Origin: Perkinsus chesapeaki ATCC PRA-425
Lineage: Eukaryota; Protista; Perkinsozoa
DNA: 58,301 bases
Assembly (NCBI GenBank): GCA_013115145.1
Contig: JAAPAO010000170.1
Span: 1-58,301, forward strand
Direction: 5' to 3'
The notes beneath the pieces were generated by a model. It was not told the origin of the DNA and did no database searches. It was given only the letters and a program-made list of their open reading frames with translations. This document shows positions 37,805-49,614 of this stretch, piece by piece. Each line of letters opens with the position of its first letter. Position 1 is the stretch's first letter. Both the position numbers and the translations under genes were made by a program.

Positions 37805-40637
37805 TTATTGAATAGAATATTGCTTGTAAATCATAATGGGAAGGAGCGCTTCTCGCATGTTATCACTGGACGCTTCCATGCCAAACCGTATATCGTTGGA
37901 GGAGATGAAGAGCAACCTCTCTATGAAAAACAGACGCAACCCTTTGACGGATGGAAACGATAACGTATGATGCCAAAGAGCAATGGCTTGGAGCAGAAAT
38001 GACAGAGACGATGACATTTCAAGGTTGTGAGAGATTCGACTCAATAGGTACTAAATCTGTGACGGACTGTGGAGACATCCTCAACTCGCGCGTCGTAATC
38101 ATGACCCAAGAGCTCGATGGGCACACGCTGCAATAGCAGACTCTCCTCGAGAGAGTTCCACTGATTGCCAAATAACCGGATTGAGTAGGCCAAGTAATAG
38201 GCTCTGTTCCAGACGGGATCGACACCATCGGCGTTGCGTGGCATCTCCTGCGCTTCATTGAATGCATCCAAGAACTCCTGAATGGCAATATTGACATCCT
38301 CGTTGAACGAAATCGCCTTTGGATTGGTAGACTTGCGCATTCTCAAGACCAGACGTTTCGAAGAGAGACCGAGAGATGTTGCCACCTTCTTCAATGCTGG
38401 CAAGAGTTTCCTTATAGGCCGCGCGTCGACCTCAGATTTGGGTAGGAGGGCCACACGTACAAGAGAGTTTTGCAGAGTGAGGGCGCTCATGCTCATCTCG
38501 TTGATAAGAACCTCGCACTTCATAATGCGTTTAGTGATGTCCGGGATGACCCTCAGTGATCCGTAGACGAACACTTCAGCCCAGCTCACCGTACGCAGCG
38601 AGATTCTCTCTTCCATTAACTTGAAGCTCTGCTCGGCGAATCTGGTGCGATCATCCGATACCTCAGCGTAGTCGGGATCGGAATGAATTTCAACAAGCTG
38701 ATTCAAAGCCTTAGTCACCGCCTTGGCCGACTCCTCAACGACGAAGGCCGACGACATCCGAAGTTTTTCGGACGCGAACTCAGGGAAGACGACACAGGAA
38801 AACAGACTGCAGAAGAGAGCTCCGCCGAGCGTGAGGACGGCCCTCCACGCCGTGACAATAACAAGCTCATCTACAGGCAGCTCACCCATGCTGAACGCCA
38901 TGCCGATGCACATAACTTCCCAAGTAAGGTTGCCAACCAAAGCAGCGTAACCGAGAGAGGGGACAAGTTCCGACACAAGCTTGGATGCAAACATGATAGC
39001 GATCATCTCAACCACAAGCGCAGCCACACTGCGGTGGTTGATCCAGAGAAATAGAATCGCCAAGAGGCAGCCTGCGATGGTACCGATCTCTCTTAGGGAG
39101 CCTTGAATAAGCGTGGCGCCAGCATTGGGAAGGAATGCCACCTCCACTACTAGGAAAAACCAAAAACCATGCAGTTTGAAGAGAGGGCTTGAAAGGCCAA
39201 TAGCCACTATCATGATGTAGCCTATCGTGGTCACAATTGTGGAATGAATAGGGAACTCTAATTTATGCCATATGCTCGGGTCCTCATCGAGGCCGATAAA
39301 GAATGGCTTCATCCACCACTCCTTTAAGAAGGATATTAGCTCTGTTATAGGGCTCAAGCATATGCCAACGAACGACTCGGCCTGAGAGATGAAACCTTTA
39401 ATGACGAACTACTCCGTTGACTCCTACCCGATCCTTTTCCTTCTGTTCAACATTCATCTTGAGAATTGCGTTGCAAAAGACCTCAACTTCACTTGAAAAG
39501 TAAAGCATCGACTCGATACCGAATCTGAACCTAGCTATATCTTCCGGCCTTGACGAGGTGGACGTCAACTGGCCCTCCTTGTGAATCCACTCAATGTGGT
39601 CATACACATCGCGAATGGCTCCTCGTAGCTGCTTCATCTCATCAACAGTACCCTCGACACCACCTTCGAAGCAAGCCCTTAACGTTGAAATGACCTGCGA
39701 GCGCAGATCCAAAACATCCATGGCTATCGGCTTCCAGTAGAGCTCCTTCAAGGCTTCATCAAAATCACCGTCCTTTAGAACCTCCGCGATAGAGATAAGA
39801 TATTCGCACATTTTCCAGGCAGAGTTGGAGACCTCTCTCGAGCCGAGACCGCCGCGCATTAGAGCCAGCTCACGACACTTGGTAGTGAGAGCCTTGTAGG
39901 ACTTCGGAATTAGCTGCCCTGGTTTAGTGGGTGATGGGTAGTAGGTAGCAAAGATGTCGAAGACATCGGCGATAGTATAGGAGAACCCTTCTAGGATTGA
40001 AGGCTCATCACCACCGACTAGATTAAGCGTCTTAGACAGCCAAACGAAGAACATAGCGACTAGGGAACCATAGGTAGTGGCAACAGTAAAGGCTAAGCCA
40101 TCACCGTAGGGCTTGAACATATAGAAGGCAATAGGGAAGCTGGCCACAATGAGGGCTATTTCAGTGAAGAAGAGCTCTTTAAGCTTACATTGGCCAAATC
40201 GTTGGCCCATCAGTAGAAATAGGTTAAATGGTATAGCCAGGACAGCTGCCCACATAGGGTGGTATTGAGAAGGGTCAATACACTCGATAATGAAGCGAAC
40301 AAGGGACCCGAAGCCTAGGCCGAGCCAGGCACCGGCAATCACTTTCCAACCGAAGCTCTTGGTGAACGCTGGATTGCTGGGTGTCGCTACGAAGAGAGCC
40401 CAAATTGGAGCTAGGACCTGGGAAATGACATTAAAAAGAGAATGCGTCGGTATAAAAGCTACCGAAAGAGCCCTATCCAGTGGGCCTTACCAGGAAGAAC
40501 TCATACCACGGCTGGTAGTAGTAGCAAACGACGAGGGGAATAGCTGATATGGCGCTTGCAATGGTGGCTATGATGGCGCTATACAGTGTTGATATCCGCA
40601 TGGTTGCTGGGTGCTTTATATGGTAACGTTCGAGCAT
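37805..40637 (-). CDS. ALMT/FUSC (aromatic acid exporter-like) membrane transporter with two TM+helical modules
   Basis: C-terminal module: VAFLPNAGATLIQGSLREIGTIAGC, YAALVGNLTWEV, TAWRAVLTLGGALFCSLFSCVVFPEFASEKL (ALMT-like). The N-terminal half repeats a multi-TM plus helical layout. Long exons 39398-40417 and 38041-39380, with a 73-nt intron at 40418-40490. Confidence 0.8.
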
Positions 40638-40908
40638 AGTTCAGAATGTAACCTCTAATAAGCTGAGGGGGAAAGAGGTTAGAAAACGGTAGATATTTTA
40701 ACACTGTGGTTGGAGTCTACCGATGAGGGCCAAAGAATTGTGACAAGTGTATAAAGTACAATTTGGAACAACGAGCCACTGTGTGCCTCCTCACAGCCGC
40801 GAGTTCGTTCTGAGTTCCACCTCGAGTCAAATGCCATTTGACGAATGACCCTAATTTGGTAGAGAAACAGGTAGACCACCAACAAGAAAGTTTGTTTTAA
40901 AAATACGA

Positions 40909-40980
40909 GTAATTCTAGCTCAGTTGGCAGAGCACACTAATTAACACCAGGTGTCCCCGGTTCGAACCCTGGGCAGCAAA
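40909..40980 (+). pseudogene. Degenerate tRNA-like element with intact Pol III A and B boxes (tRNA-Ile-like relic)
   Basis: TAGCTCAGTTGG (40916-40927), D-stem GCTC/GAGC and GGTTCGAACCC (40959-40969). The acceptor and anticodon stems do not pair. Confidence 0.6.
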
Positions 40981-41122
40981 TTTAAATATCCTTCCTGACG
41001 AATTAAAATATCAGTCCAGCACCATAAACGCTTGTGTTTCGATTGAACGTCAAACTAACTAAGTTAGCATAGGCTGGTTCTTCCGACTCTTATATCCGGA
41101 ATCCCGCTTTCACTACACAGTT

Positions 41123-41560
41123 GTGGTTTTTATGATTGATCGAACTCGATCTAGTTCTTCCGCGGCATCTACCGGCGCTTTGAGAAGTGACCAAAGAGGT
41201 ACTTCGCAGAGTCGGAGAGTGAGTAGAGCAGAGACTACTGAGGATTTCCTCACTGATCTGGATATCTCCTGTGCAAACCTGCACAGCCATCCGGTACTAG
41301 TCTGGGACAGCGAACCTCTTAAGTTCGCTTCTTTTGAACGCTTGATTTCATCCTGTCTACGACACGATAGAATAGTTCAACGCTCGATAAGGAGACTTTC
41401 CTTCAGGATGTTATAATAGCGCTACTGGCCGTTTTAAAAGAGGATGCCACGCCAGCACAGCGTAAACTAGTATTAAAGAGCAATGAGGCGCTCAATGTCC
41501 TGCTCGCTGTTGGATTCAATATGGGGACTATGGTAAGGCAAATCTCAGTAGGGTGGGTTG
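41123..41560 (+). CDS. Possible small hypothetical protein
   Basis: 97-aa ORF plus an adjacent helical segment (DVIIALLAVLKEDATPAQRKLVLKSNEALNVLLAVGF) ending at a GTAAG donor. Confidence 0.3.
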
Positions 41561-42006
41561 GAATTGAGTTGCGTTCAGAAAGTGCTGCCGGGGAGCGAAG
41601 TCCGAGCCGAGGTTGCTCGAGACATGCTGAATGTCCAGATTGAACAGATAGCGATGGATAAGAGCTCCTCACAGATAGAGGCTCTTATGGTAGTATCTGG
41701 ACGATGTAAACTTGAGCTCTGCGTATCTTGAACACAAATTTAACGCTTAAAAGCGCTTGGTTGAGGGAGGATGAATCAGGATGCGAAGAATCTAAACATA
41801 CACCAGTGCACAAGTGAAGAAGGATGTAGTAGATGCGTGAATAGCAAAGTAGATTCTCTATTAGTGTATGGAGGTCAACCCATTAAACTTAACGGTAGTA
41901 TGTGGCAAATGACAGTATACAATAGTGCTTCAATATGCAGTCATCTATATTGTTACATTTCACTAGTTAATATTGAAAATGGAGGGTTAACTACCTATCT
42001 TTAAAA

Positions 42007-43432
42007 TTGATGCAACTCGACTCACTTCAGGACACTAACGATGCTGCTGACACCCCTCTTTACAGAACGGACGAGGTGAGAGATTCCACAGCATCTGGTA
42101 ATGAAGGGCAGAGTGAAGTGATCTGGCCTGAAGTAAATGGAGCTACTGAGGAGGAAGGGGAGACCGATTGGCGAGTAACCGAAAAGAAAGGCGGAGCTCC
42201 ACGGCGGCGATTGCTACCAAAGACTGATGAGAATCTTGACAGTGCGAAAGATACGAAGAAGCTCAAGTCAGATGAATCTAGCGGGCAGACCGGAGAAAAG
42301 TCGGGGATGAATGTGGATCTTTATAGTGCGGAAGATACCAGTGGGGCTAAGATTGAGGCAGAAGGGGAGCAGAGGCCTGGAGGGGAGGAGAATCTACCGA
42401 GTGTGGAAGATTCAAAGAAGGTTGACTCCACTGCAGAGCCGAAAGAGACTATAATGGATAGCGTTATCGAGAACGATGATGAGGAGCCAGATCTATTAAC
42501 TGGTGGTGAGGAACTTTTGACTGAAGGGTCCCCTATTGCTGAAAAGGATGCTGGGCCAGCATTAAGTTTAATGCAAGTGGTGTGCCCGCAGGGATACGAG
42601 GAAGGTAATAATAGCATGGGGGGCCTCACGAGAAGAGAAATTGATGGATAGGGTAGCTTCTGTATTTCGGAAATTCCTTTTAAAATCCAACCCATCGAAT
42701 AGATTAGTCACTTTACTATTTTCCTTCGAGTCTTGGCTCAGGTTCGTTCCTTCAAGCTCAAACCCCAGATGGTCAGACCGTAAAAACAGCTATACCAGAG
42801 GGAGTTAAACCAGGGGATGCTTTTATAGTGAGGTGAGACCGATCCCATTCGACGTGGAGGAATGACCATAGCAGATACGCGCCACGAGCGCCGCCGATGC
42901 CATTGGCGATAGAAGACAATAATAATAACGAAGATGACGATGAGGCTCTTGCTAAGGTGATGAGCCGGGGTGGTTACTAGTCAACCAAGCACCTCAATCG
43001 AGAAGGTTATAAATAGTTATATCTCTATACTTCTAATAACATTGTTCACGAACCACTATATGGCGGTGTAGTGTAGCTGTCGCGTGTTTTATTCTTACCG
43101 GTGCGTTCTTCGAAGACAAGGCTTACCCTCCCTTTCAGGCCCTCCAGCAATCCTTTGATGAAGCTGATTATGGATCCCTAGTGGAAGGTAGCCTAGAGGA
43201 GTCTACTCTACCAACATCGTCACGGTATTTGAGTACAGCGGATATATCTGCCATGGGACTGTAAGCTGTGGGGATGGGATACCTGTCTGATACCTTCACA
43301 TGTGGACTTTATGAATCATATTCCCACCACTGATAGATTCTATTGGATCAATTTTACTATCAGCACCAAAGGTCTTATCGGCGCAACTCTGAGCCGTGTT
43401 AATTTCCATTTCATCTACAGCTTGCCGTATAA
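42007..43432 (+). CDS. Acidic low-complexity protein with a small VVCPQG..TPDGQ..IPEGVKPG beta-motif, multi-exon
   Basis: 214-aa E/D-rich exon, then GT-AG-bounded exons GSFLQAQTPDGQTVKTAIPEGVKPGDAFIV, EDDDEALAK and ALQQSFDEADY. The end is approximate. Confidence 0.55.
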
Positions 43433-43675
43433 TGGCCGGAAGTGTGATAAAGTGCGGTGGAAGTTGTAGTTGGGTGAGACTTTAAGGGTTGGCCTTGATC
43501 GAATAGTAACAGTAGTCCAGTAGGGAATCTTTGAATGCTAAGTGAATGGGAAGTGACGTCTCGGAAACGATTTATCAGATACTTTGAGTGTCAAGGTAAT
43601 GGTACAGCAACCTGTGCCATTCATGCATTCAATAACCTAGCCCAGAGGAAGGCCTTATCAGTAGTCATCAACTTC

Positions 43676-45481
43676 TTAATAGACTACCACTTCAAGTCTT
43701 ATATTAGTTAACTCACCTTCAAGCTGCGGAATCCAGAGTTGCACTCCTCCAACGTGGAGGCAGCTTCCTGGCGCCATCAGGTTAGTCCTGTCCTTCGAAG
43801 CTACCACTGAGTTCCTGTTGGTAGGGGTGCCAATGCCGCCCAGCAAGAGCAGCGACAGTACTCGGACCGGTTGGTTTGATATAGAGGCGCTCAAGCTAGC
43901 ATCGGAGAAGCATGCATCGTAAGGAAATTCTACGCCGTTCACTGTCCCTCGAACCTCATGACACTTTCTCGCCACGGGGGAGGCAAATTATGTCACTTGT
44001 CGTCGAGAATACGCACTCGGAAGAATCCAGATGTGCGTCTTCTGATGATGGCGTGCGGGTCAGAAGCGTAATTTAGCGCATTTTCCTCTGAAGGGCTTCT
44101 GTGGTTTTACTGTCTACTGAATAACGCCGTCGTCCAGGTTTATTTCCTATAGGCACGTTATTATCGAAACAGAACCGATACCGGAGTTCTCCCGATCGGC
44201 TGGGGAGAAGTTTGTGGCTGCTGCTAACGCGGATCACAGTGGGAATGGTAGCTGGTTCCGAGGCTTCTTGGTCTACGAGTGTATCCCTGGTCGAGCCATG
44301 CACTATTGGTCAATTCTCCGCTTACCTGGAGGAGCTGGATGGGTGAAGATGGACTCCCTTCATCGAGATGAGTACGCGTTGTTGTTTCGGAACGTTAATA
44401 GGAGGAGTTGTGTTTCTTCAGAGATCGCACCTCTCAGCACCGTTGTAGATTTATTGCAACAGATGAGGAGTTGGCAGATTTATACAACAGCAATGGTGAT
44501 TACTTCAAGAGCTGGCTCATGAGATGGTAAGAGGTTGGCTTGCCAGGGAACTGCCATATGTTTCATGGTCGTATTCGTAAAACTGAATAAGTTGTACCAA
44601 AAATAGAATTTTCATAACGGTTTGGGTCGCACTATGTCCTGTCAGGTATCCTGTTGTCGATGAGAACATAGCACGACAGAGCCTTAGTGGTCTTTTAGAG
44701 GAGGCTGAAGTCTCCCCGGATGACACACCTGACAGTAGGTTACCGCAGTCCCTGTGCAGTCGATGATGCTCAACTGTATCAGCTCCGACACTCACTGGTG
44801 TCCTCAGTGATAACCATTGGATCCCTGCAGATGCCGCTAAGACCCTCTTAGTGGACTCGGTTGCAAAAGTAATAAGGCTTCGGCCTTCGAAATAATAACC
44901 GATGGCTTAGGTGGCTCATATGGCACAGGCGTTGTGCCTGGTCATCAGTTCCAGTGTCGCTGTTAAGATTCTCAGAGCTACCGAATGGGACTGGGACAGA
45001 GCTGTAGGTTATAAATGCTGCTTCGCTCCGCCTTAGTTGCACTTTTTAGGTTGCCGAAGTAAACGATGTACTTTCCCAACGGCATCCGGCGGAGAGTCTG
45101 AGTTCGTCGGAGATGAAGCGATTGGCCCAGAGCTGTTTGGCAACCTCAAAGTGGGACGTTGAAACAGCCTCGATCGTTATGCACATTGTGAACAGTGTAA
45201 GCTATTAATGCTGCTCATTACCACTTGTACAGCATGTTTCTAGTATGGCACCAAAGACAGCTGTGCTCCAAACGACCTTAAGCTGATATCTGGTTGCGTG
45301 AATGCTTGCCAGAAGGACCTGGAGAAGGCTCAGCTTGCTTACAAACTGCTACGGGTCTGTTATGAGTTCCGTGAAAGGTGAGGGTCGCTAGGGCTAACGT
45401 TGAGGATACTTTTGGTAGCTGTGATGACCCTCCCACAGAGGCGGCGTCCGTCCTGAGCGCTGTACATTGGGACTTGGACAA
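43676..45481 (-). CDS. Possible multi-exon hypothetical protein
   Basis: A series of same-strand open segments (45278-45481, 44517-44795, 44073-44303, 43676-43975); no recognisable motif. Confidence 0.3.
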
Positions 45482-45558
45482 GGCATGTGTGGTGATACAG
45501 GTAAACTTGAAAGGAAGTGGACACTCACTGGAGCTAATTTAGGGGACCTGACGCTGAT

Positions 45559-46326
45559 GTGTTCGAGGATTTTGACTTGTTTGGTTCCTGGCAGGTCCAT
45601 GAGAATCTGAATAAGGAGCCTCCGTATGCGGTGTGCGCTGAAGCTAGTCGACGCGAGGACTTCGATGCCTCTCCAGCGACTGAGCTTCTCAAGGAGGTCA
45701 GCCGTGTCTTTGTATCACGTTGTCATACCATCTTTAGTTCCGCAAAAGAGTTACAACAGTCGCATCACAGACTGCCGCGGAGACATTGAAACAAGCAAAG
45801 GGAGGATTCATGGATCAGTTGCTGGGCGCTGGGCCACCAGGCGAGGTATTTGAAAATCTATCCGGAATGCGCTTCAGCACTTCCGTCAGGTTCGAGATTT
45901 AACTGATGACGAGTGCGCTGCTATTGCTGATTGGGCCCTACGCCAAGGTCAATGGCAGCCGCATGATTGTTTCCAACTTGCTGAGCGAATGGCAAATCGT
46001 TTCGTGAAAGCTAGGTGAGGAAAAACACTACTGTAAGGGTCCATTAGGTGCTGTTGTTCCTTTATAGATGCGAGCTCAGCGATATTATGCAGCCAGATGC
46101 CGACGTTATCATTATGGCACTCGACATGCACGATCTGCAAGTGGCTGATGCATGCACTGAGCTCAGGAACCAACGCCGGAAGTTTGAGAGGCCCGCCTCG
46201 TTCAACAAAGCTCCATCACCTGCAGCCCGGAGCGTCTCGCCGCAGACGCCAGAACCGGGAAAGAGCAATGAAGATGCCAAGGCGTCATCTCCGAATGATT
46301 TCAATAGTGACTGTTCTCTAATGTAG
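45559..46326 (+). CDS. Hypothetical protein, multi-exon
   Basis: ATG at 45559, several GT-AG-bounded gaps, last exon CELSDIMQPDADVIIMALDMHDLQ..SLM*. Confidence 0.5.
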
Positions 46327-46490
46327 AGCTGCTATAAACACCTTTACCAAGTAATTCAAGATAGGATCATATGGTCCAAGACCATCGAGAGATATTATTA
46401 TGGACACTTAGCTATAGTTCATTTGATGCATATTACTACAATTGTTACTTATCGTCGGGTACAATTTATTACTGCTATACGTGAAGCCCT

Positions 46491-46745
46491 TTAGCTAGCA
46501 TTGAGGTGTTGAGTGGCGACGTTGTTGTTAATTGAAAGTATGCCCCTGGGGAGGGTCTCTGGATACAGTCTGATGTTAGAGTCACTTATAGTTTCAACCA
46601 TTATAGCGCTCTCAAGTGGATAATAGTGATAATGTGTATTACACCTTAAACTTGAACGAAGATGCTCGACTTTATGGCAGTTCCTAATGAGGTGAACTGT
46701 GACAAAAATAGCCACCGAAACCAACGAACAGAACGACGACCGCAT
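46491..46745 (-). CDS. Small (84 aa) intronless putative secreted protein
   Basis: Hydrophobic N-terminus MRSSFCSLVSVAIFVTVHL; pyrimidine tract plus AG 8 nt before the ATG; the paralogous relic at 48129-48380 shows conservative amino-acid similarity. Confidence 0.55.
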   Translation of the reverse strand: MRSSFCSLVSVAIFVTVHLIRNCHKVEHLRSSLRCNTHYHYYPLESAIMVETISDSNIRLYPETLPRGILSINNNVATQHLNAS

Positions 46746-47319
46746 TGTGTGCGCTCGTAAAGAAAGCTTTTAGTCAGAGTAGAGAACTTACAGCAACCGA
46801 TTGACCAATCTCTATTAGGCGCTGAAGAGCGCGGCGACCCTTTTTGGCTCTTGATCTTCTACAACGGCAACTTTGCTCTGGCTGAAGGTGGACCACTGGC
46901 AAACGATAGAAACATGACATGAGCTGTCATATACCTAGCTCATCTACTCAGGTGTATCTAACTTGAAGAGCTTCGAATGCATTCAAGTGACATTTGAGCA
47001 CATCAGGGTACGTGCGTGTCGCTGCTGGCTGCAATTTCACAACAGTTGTTCACCGGCTCACTAGGGTAAGGTCTCTAGTAAGTGTGGTGCTGAAGTGTGT
47101 ACTAGTAAACTCGACATGCACTGAATGTTTGGCGTGATAATTTCGACAATACGAAAGTAGACTAAGATATCTACACTTGGACCCCATATTCTGAGTTCAA
47201 CACTGTCAAGACGTGGATTGGCTCTATCAAGACTCATCGAGACGTGACTTTACTCTCGGTAGAGAAAGTATATTACAAGCTACCTCAACGGACAACAATG
47301 GACTGAGGACGACAATTCC

Positions 47320-47556
47320 TCAAGGACAACAACGGATCGTGGTAAATCTGCAATAACCGGTGTTGAGGTCGCAAGAGCTGCCAGCGAGCCAGCCAAGCCA
47401 ACATTTATTCACATTACAACCATTAACCTTGCTGCTAAGTGTTCGGCTTGGAGACTCATCACCATAAATAGCTGCACGAAGTTGTTGTGGGGCTCCTCGG
47501 ACGTTATAAGCCAGTACTAAAAGGAAGGATATGTACAGCTGCATGAAGGGAGACAT
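47320..47556 (-). CDS. Secreted six-cysteine defensin-like prepropeptide, copy 1 (78 aa)
   Basis: Signal MSPFMQLYISFLLVLAYNVRG, propeptide, then C-x4-C-x9-C-x6-C-x6-CC; intronless; conserved in two other copies. Confidence 0.88.
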   Translation of the reverse strand: MSPFMQLYISFLLVLAYNVRGAPQQLRAAIYGDESPSRTLSSKVNGCNVNKCWLGWLAGSSCDLNTGYCRFTTIRCCP

Positions 47557-48128
47557 TTATACTGCGTAAAGAGTAACAACTAACAGAAGCCTTGTATTTC
47601 AACCTAAATGTGGTTCAACTGAGAATACGAATTGAAATGAACTATGGATACCCTCAATCCGGCCGAATCCTTTCTTGCGACTCACACGATACGCGGACAC
47701 AGTCACCCAGCTAGTTCGCACAAGAGGCACTACGCCTGTGACCGACTACAACAGCAGCGGAATGTAAAGACTTGCACCTGCATGAGGCAAAACGGAGTCG
47801 TTCTGCATTGAATATAGCAAGCAAACAGCTGCAGAGGCAAATCGAAGGAATGCAGAAGCCTATCACACTGCCATTATGGGGGTAATGACTCATTACTAAT
47901 TAGCCGGCACGCAACTACCTCAGCTATCGTTTAAAATGCAGCTCGCTGGCCATGAACACTGGGACCGAAGATCTCCTTTATCCCCTGTACACAGTCCGAC
48001 CCCCTGTTAGTCAGTTTGACCATGGTTGTTGTCTGGGCAAAACTTGACCCTATAGTGTATTTAATGTATATCACCACAATTGTTACTAACCATCGGGCAC
48101 AATTTATCACTGCTATACGTAAATTCGT

Positions 48129-48380
48129 TCATCTAGCATTGATGTGTTGAGTGGCAATACTGTTGGTGAGTGAAAGTAGGCCCCTGGAGAAGGTCTGATG
48201 GCTAAGTTATGTACATCTTACGTACAGCTTCAATCATTAAACCGAGCTTGAGTGGAGCGACTTAGTGCTTTTTTTCTTGAACTAACGACCTACTAAGATC
48301 TTTGACTGAATGGCAGTTGTTAATGGAGTGATCCGCTACGAAACACGATCCAGACTCACAAAAAACAACAGCCAGAATGT
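48129..48380 (-). pseudogene. Pseudogene paralog of the 46491-46745 ORF
   Basis: DHSINNCHSVKDL, PLKLGLMIEAV and TFSRGLLSLTNSIATQHINAR* align to VHLIRNCHKVEHL, PLESAIMVETI and TLPRGILSINNNVATQHLNAS*. It has in-frame stops, a frameshift and no ATG at the homologous site. Confidence 0.65.
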
Positions 48381-49210
48381 GCACGACCATAAAGAAAGGT
48401 TAGCGGTGCTAACTTAGCGCAAGAGAAGCTAACGTACAACAATTGATTGATTGACTATTTGCACTGGAGTTTTCAGCCGAAAGACACGGGCCTTCTTAGC
48501 TCTGAACACTGTTGCTTGTGACTATCCAACACTGTTGGCCCAACAGCATCTTTGACTACTGAAGAAAGGATCGAAACATGGGATGGAATTTATCTTTAAT
48601 TTCTCTGAAACAGAACATAGCTCAGAACTGGCTTGGTACGCATTTCGTTACCGAGGAACTTGCGCGCTTACTCTATAACGATTTTGAACCCCGGGCTCAA
48701 GTACTCAATAATATGGTTTCAGTCCTCTCAAGTTGGGCAGCTGAAGGTTGAGGAGGCCGCAAGTGACAGCAGGAGATCTTGCGCCACTTGGCTCATGGAC
48801 AGCTTGCTACCTTTGATAGCTAAGGATCGGATCAGTTCGTTACTGTGGATGTTGGTCGCTCACCGTATGAGGAGGTCGAGACCAGCGCTTGAATAATCGT
48901 TGATATGGATTCACTCAGGCTTGCAGCTGAAGGTGGAGATCAGCCCGAGGCCCCGTGGGCCACATGCCAGCATCCTACCTTTTATACGATACTTGGAGTA
49001 GCTAAGGACCACTTCAGTACGCACTCAGTTCCTCACGATTTTCCTCTATCGCTTATTCTATATCGATGTCCTGCACTTAAGAGCTCAAATGGCATCGGGC
49101 TCCCCGGAGGCCCCCATCGGTCTCAACAATTTGTTTCAGTTTGTGTACTTGGACCACCGCCCAGTTGAAATACAAGACTTCTGTTAGTTGTTACTCTTTA
49201 CGCAGTATAA

Positions 49211-49447
49211 ATGTCTTCCTTCAAGCAGCTGTACTTATGCTTCCTTTTAGTACTGGCTTATAACGTCCGAGGAGCCCCACAACAACTTCGTGCAGCTATT
49301 TATGGTGATGAGTCTCCAAGCCGAACACTTAGCAGCAAGGTTAATGGTTGTAATGTCAATAAATGTTGGCTTGGCTGGCTCTCTGGCAGCTCTTGCGACC
49401 TCAACACCGGTTATTGCAGATTTACATCAATCCGTTGTTGCCCATAG
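49211..49447 (+). CDS. Secreted six-cysteine defensin-like prepropeptide, copy 2 (78 aa)
   Basis: Inverted duplicate of 47320-47556 with 6 amino-acid differences (4 in the signal peptide). Confidence 0.88.
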   Translation: MSSFKQLYLCFLLVLAYNVRGAPQQLRAAIYGDESPSRTLSSKVNGCNVNKCWLGWLSGSSCDLNTGYCRFTSIRCCP

Positions 49448-49614
49448 TATCTTGTAATATGTATATATTCAATGAGACCTATTCACGTCTTGACAGTTTT
49501 GAAGTCCAACTATTGTGTACAGGTATCTTACTAAGATAATCTTAGCCCATCTTCTTGGTGTCAGAAGTATCGCGTCACGTTTCAAGTATTCAGTGATGTC
49601 GAGTTGACTAGTAC

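Noticed and set aside
38282-39054. Plus-strand ORFs 38282-38566 and 38683-39054 (likewise 28366-28674, 32466-32753 and 42321-42695 on the minus strand)
   Set aside because: These are antisense shadows of better-supported long coding exons.
40909-40980. Functional tRNA gene
   Set aside because: The acceptor and anticodon stems cannot pair; kept only as a relic.
41420-41530. PUB domain (EALNVLLAVGF)
   Set aside because: The resemblance is limited to a short segment; the rest of the domain is not evident.
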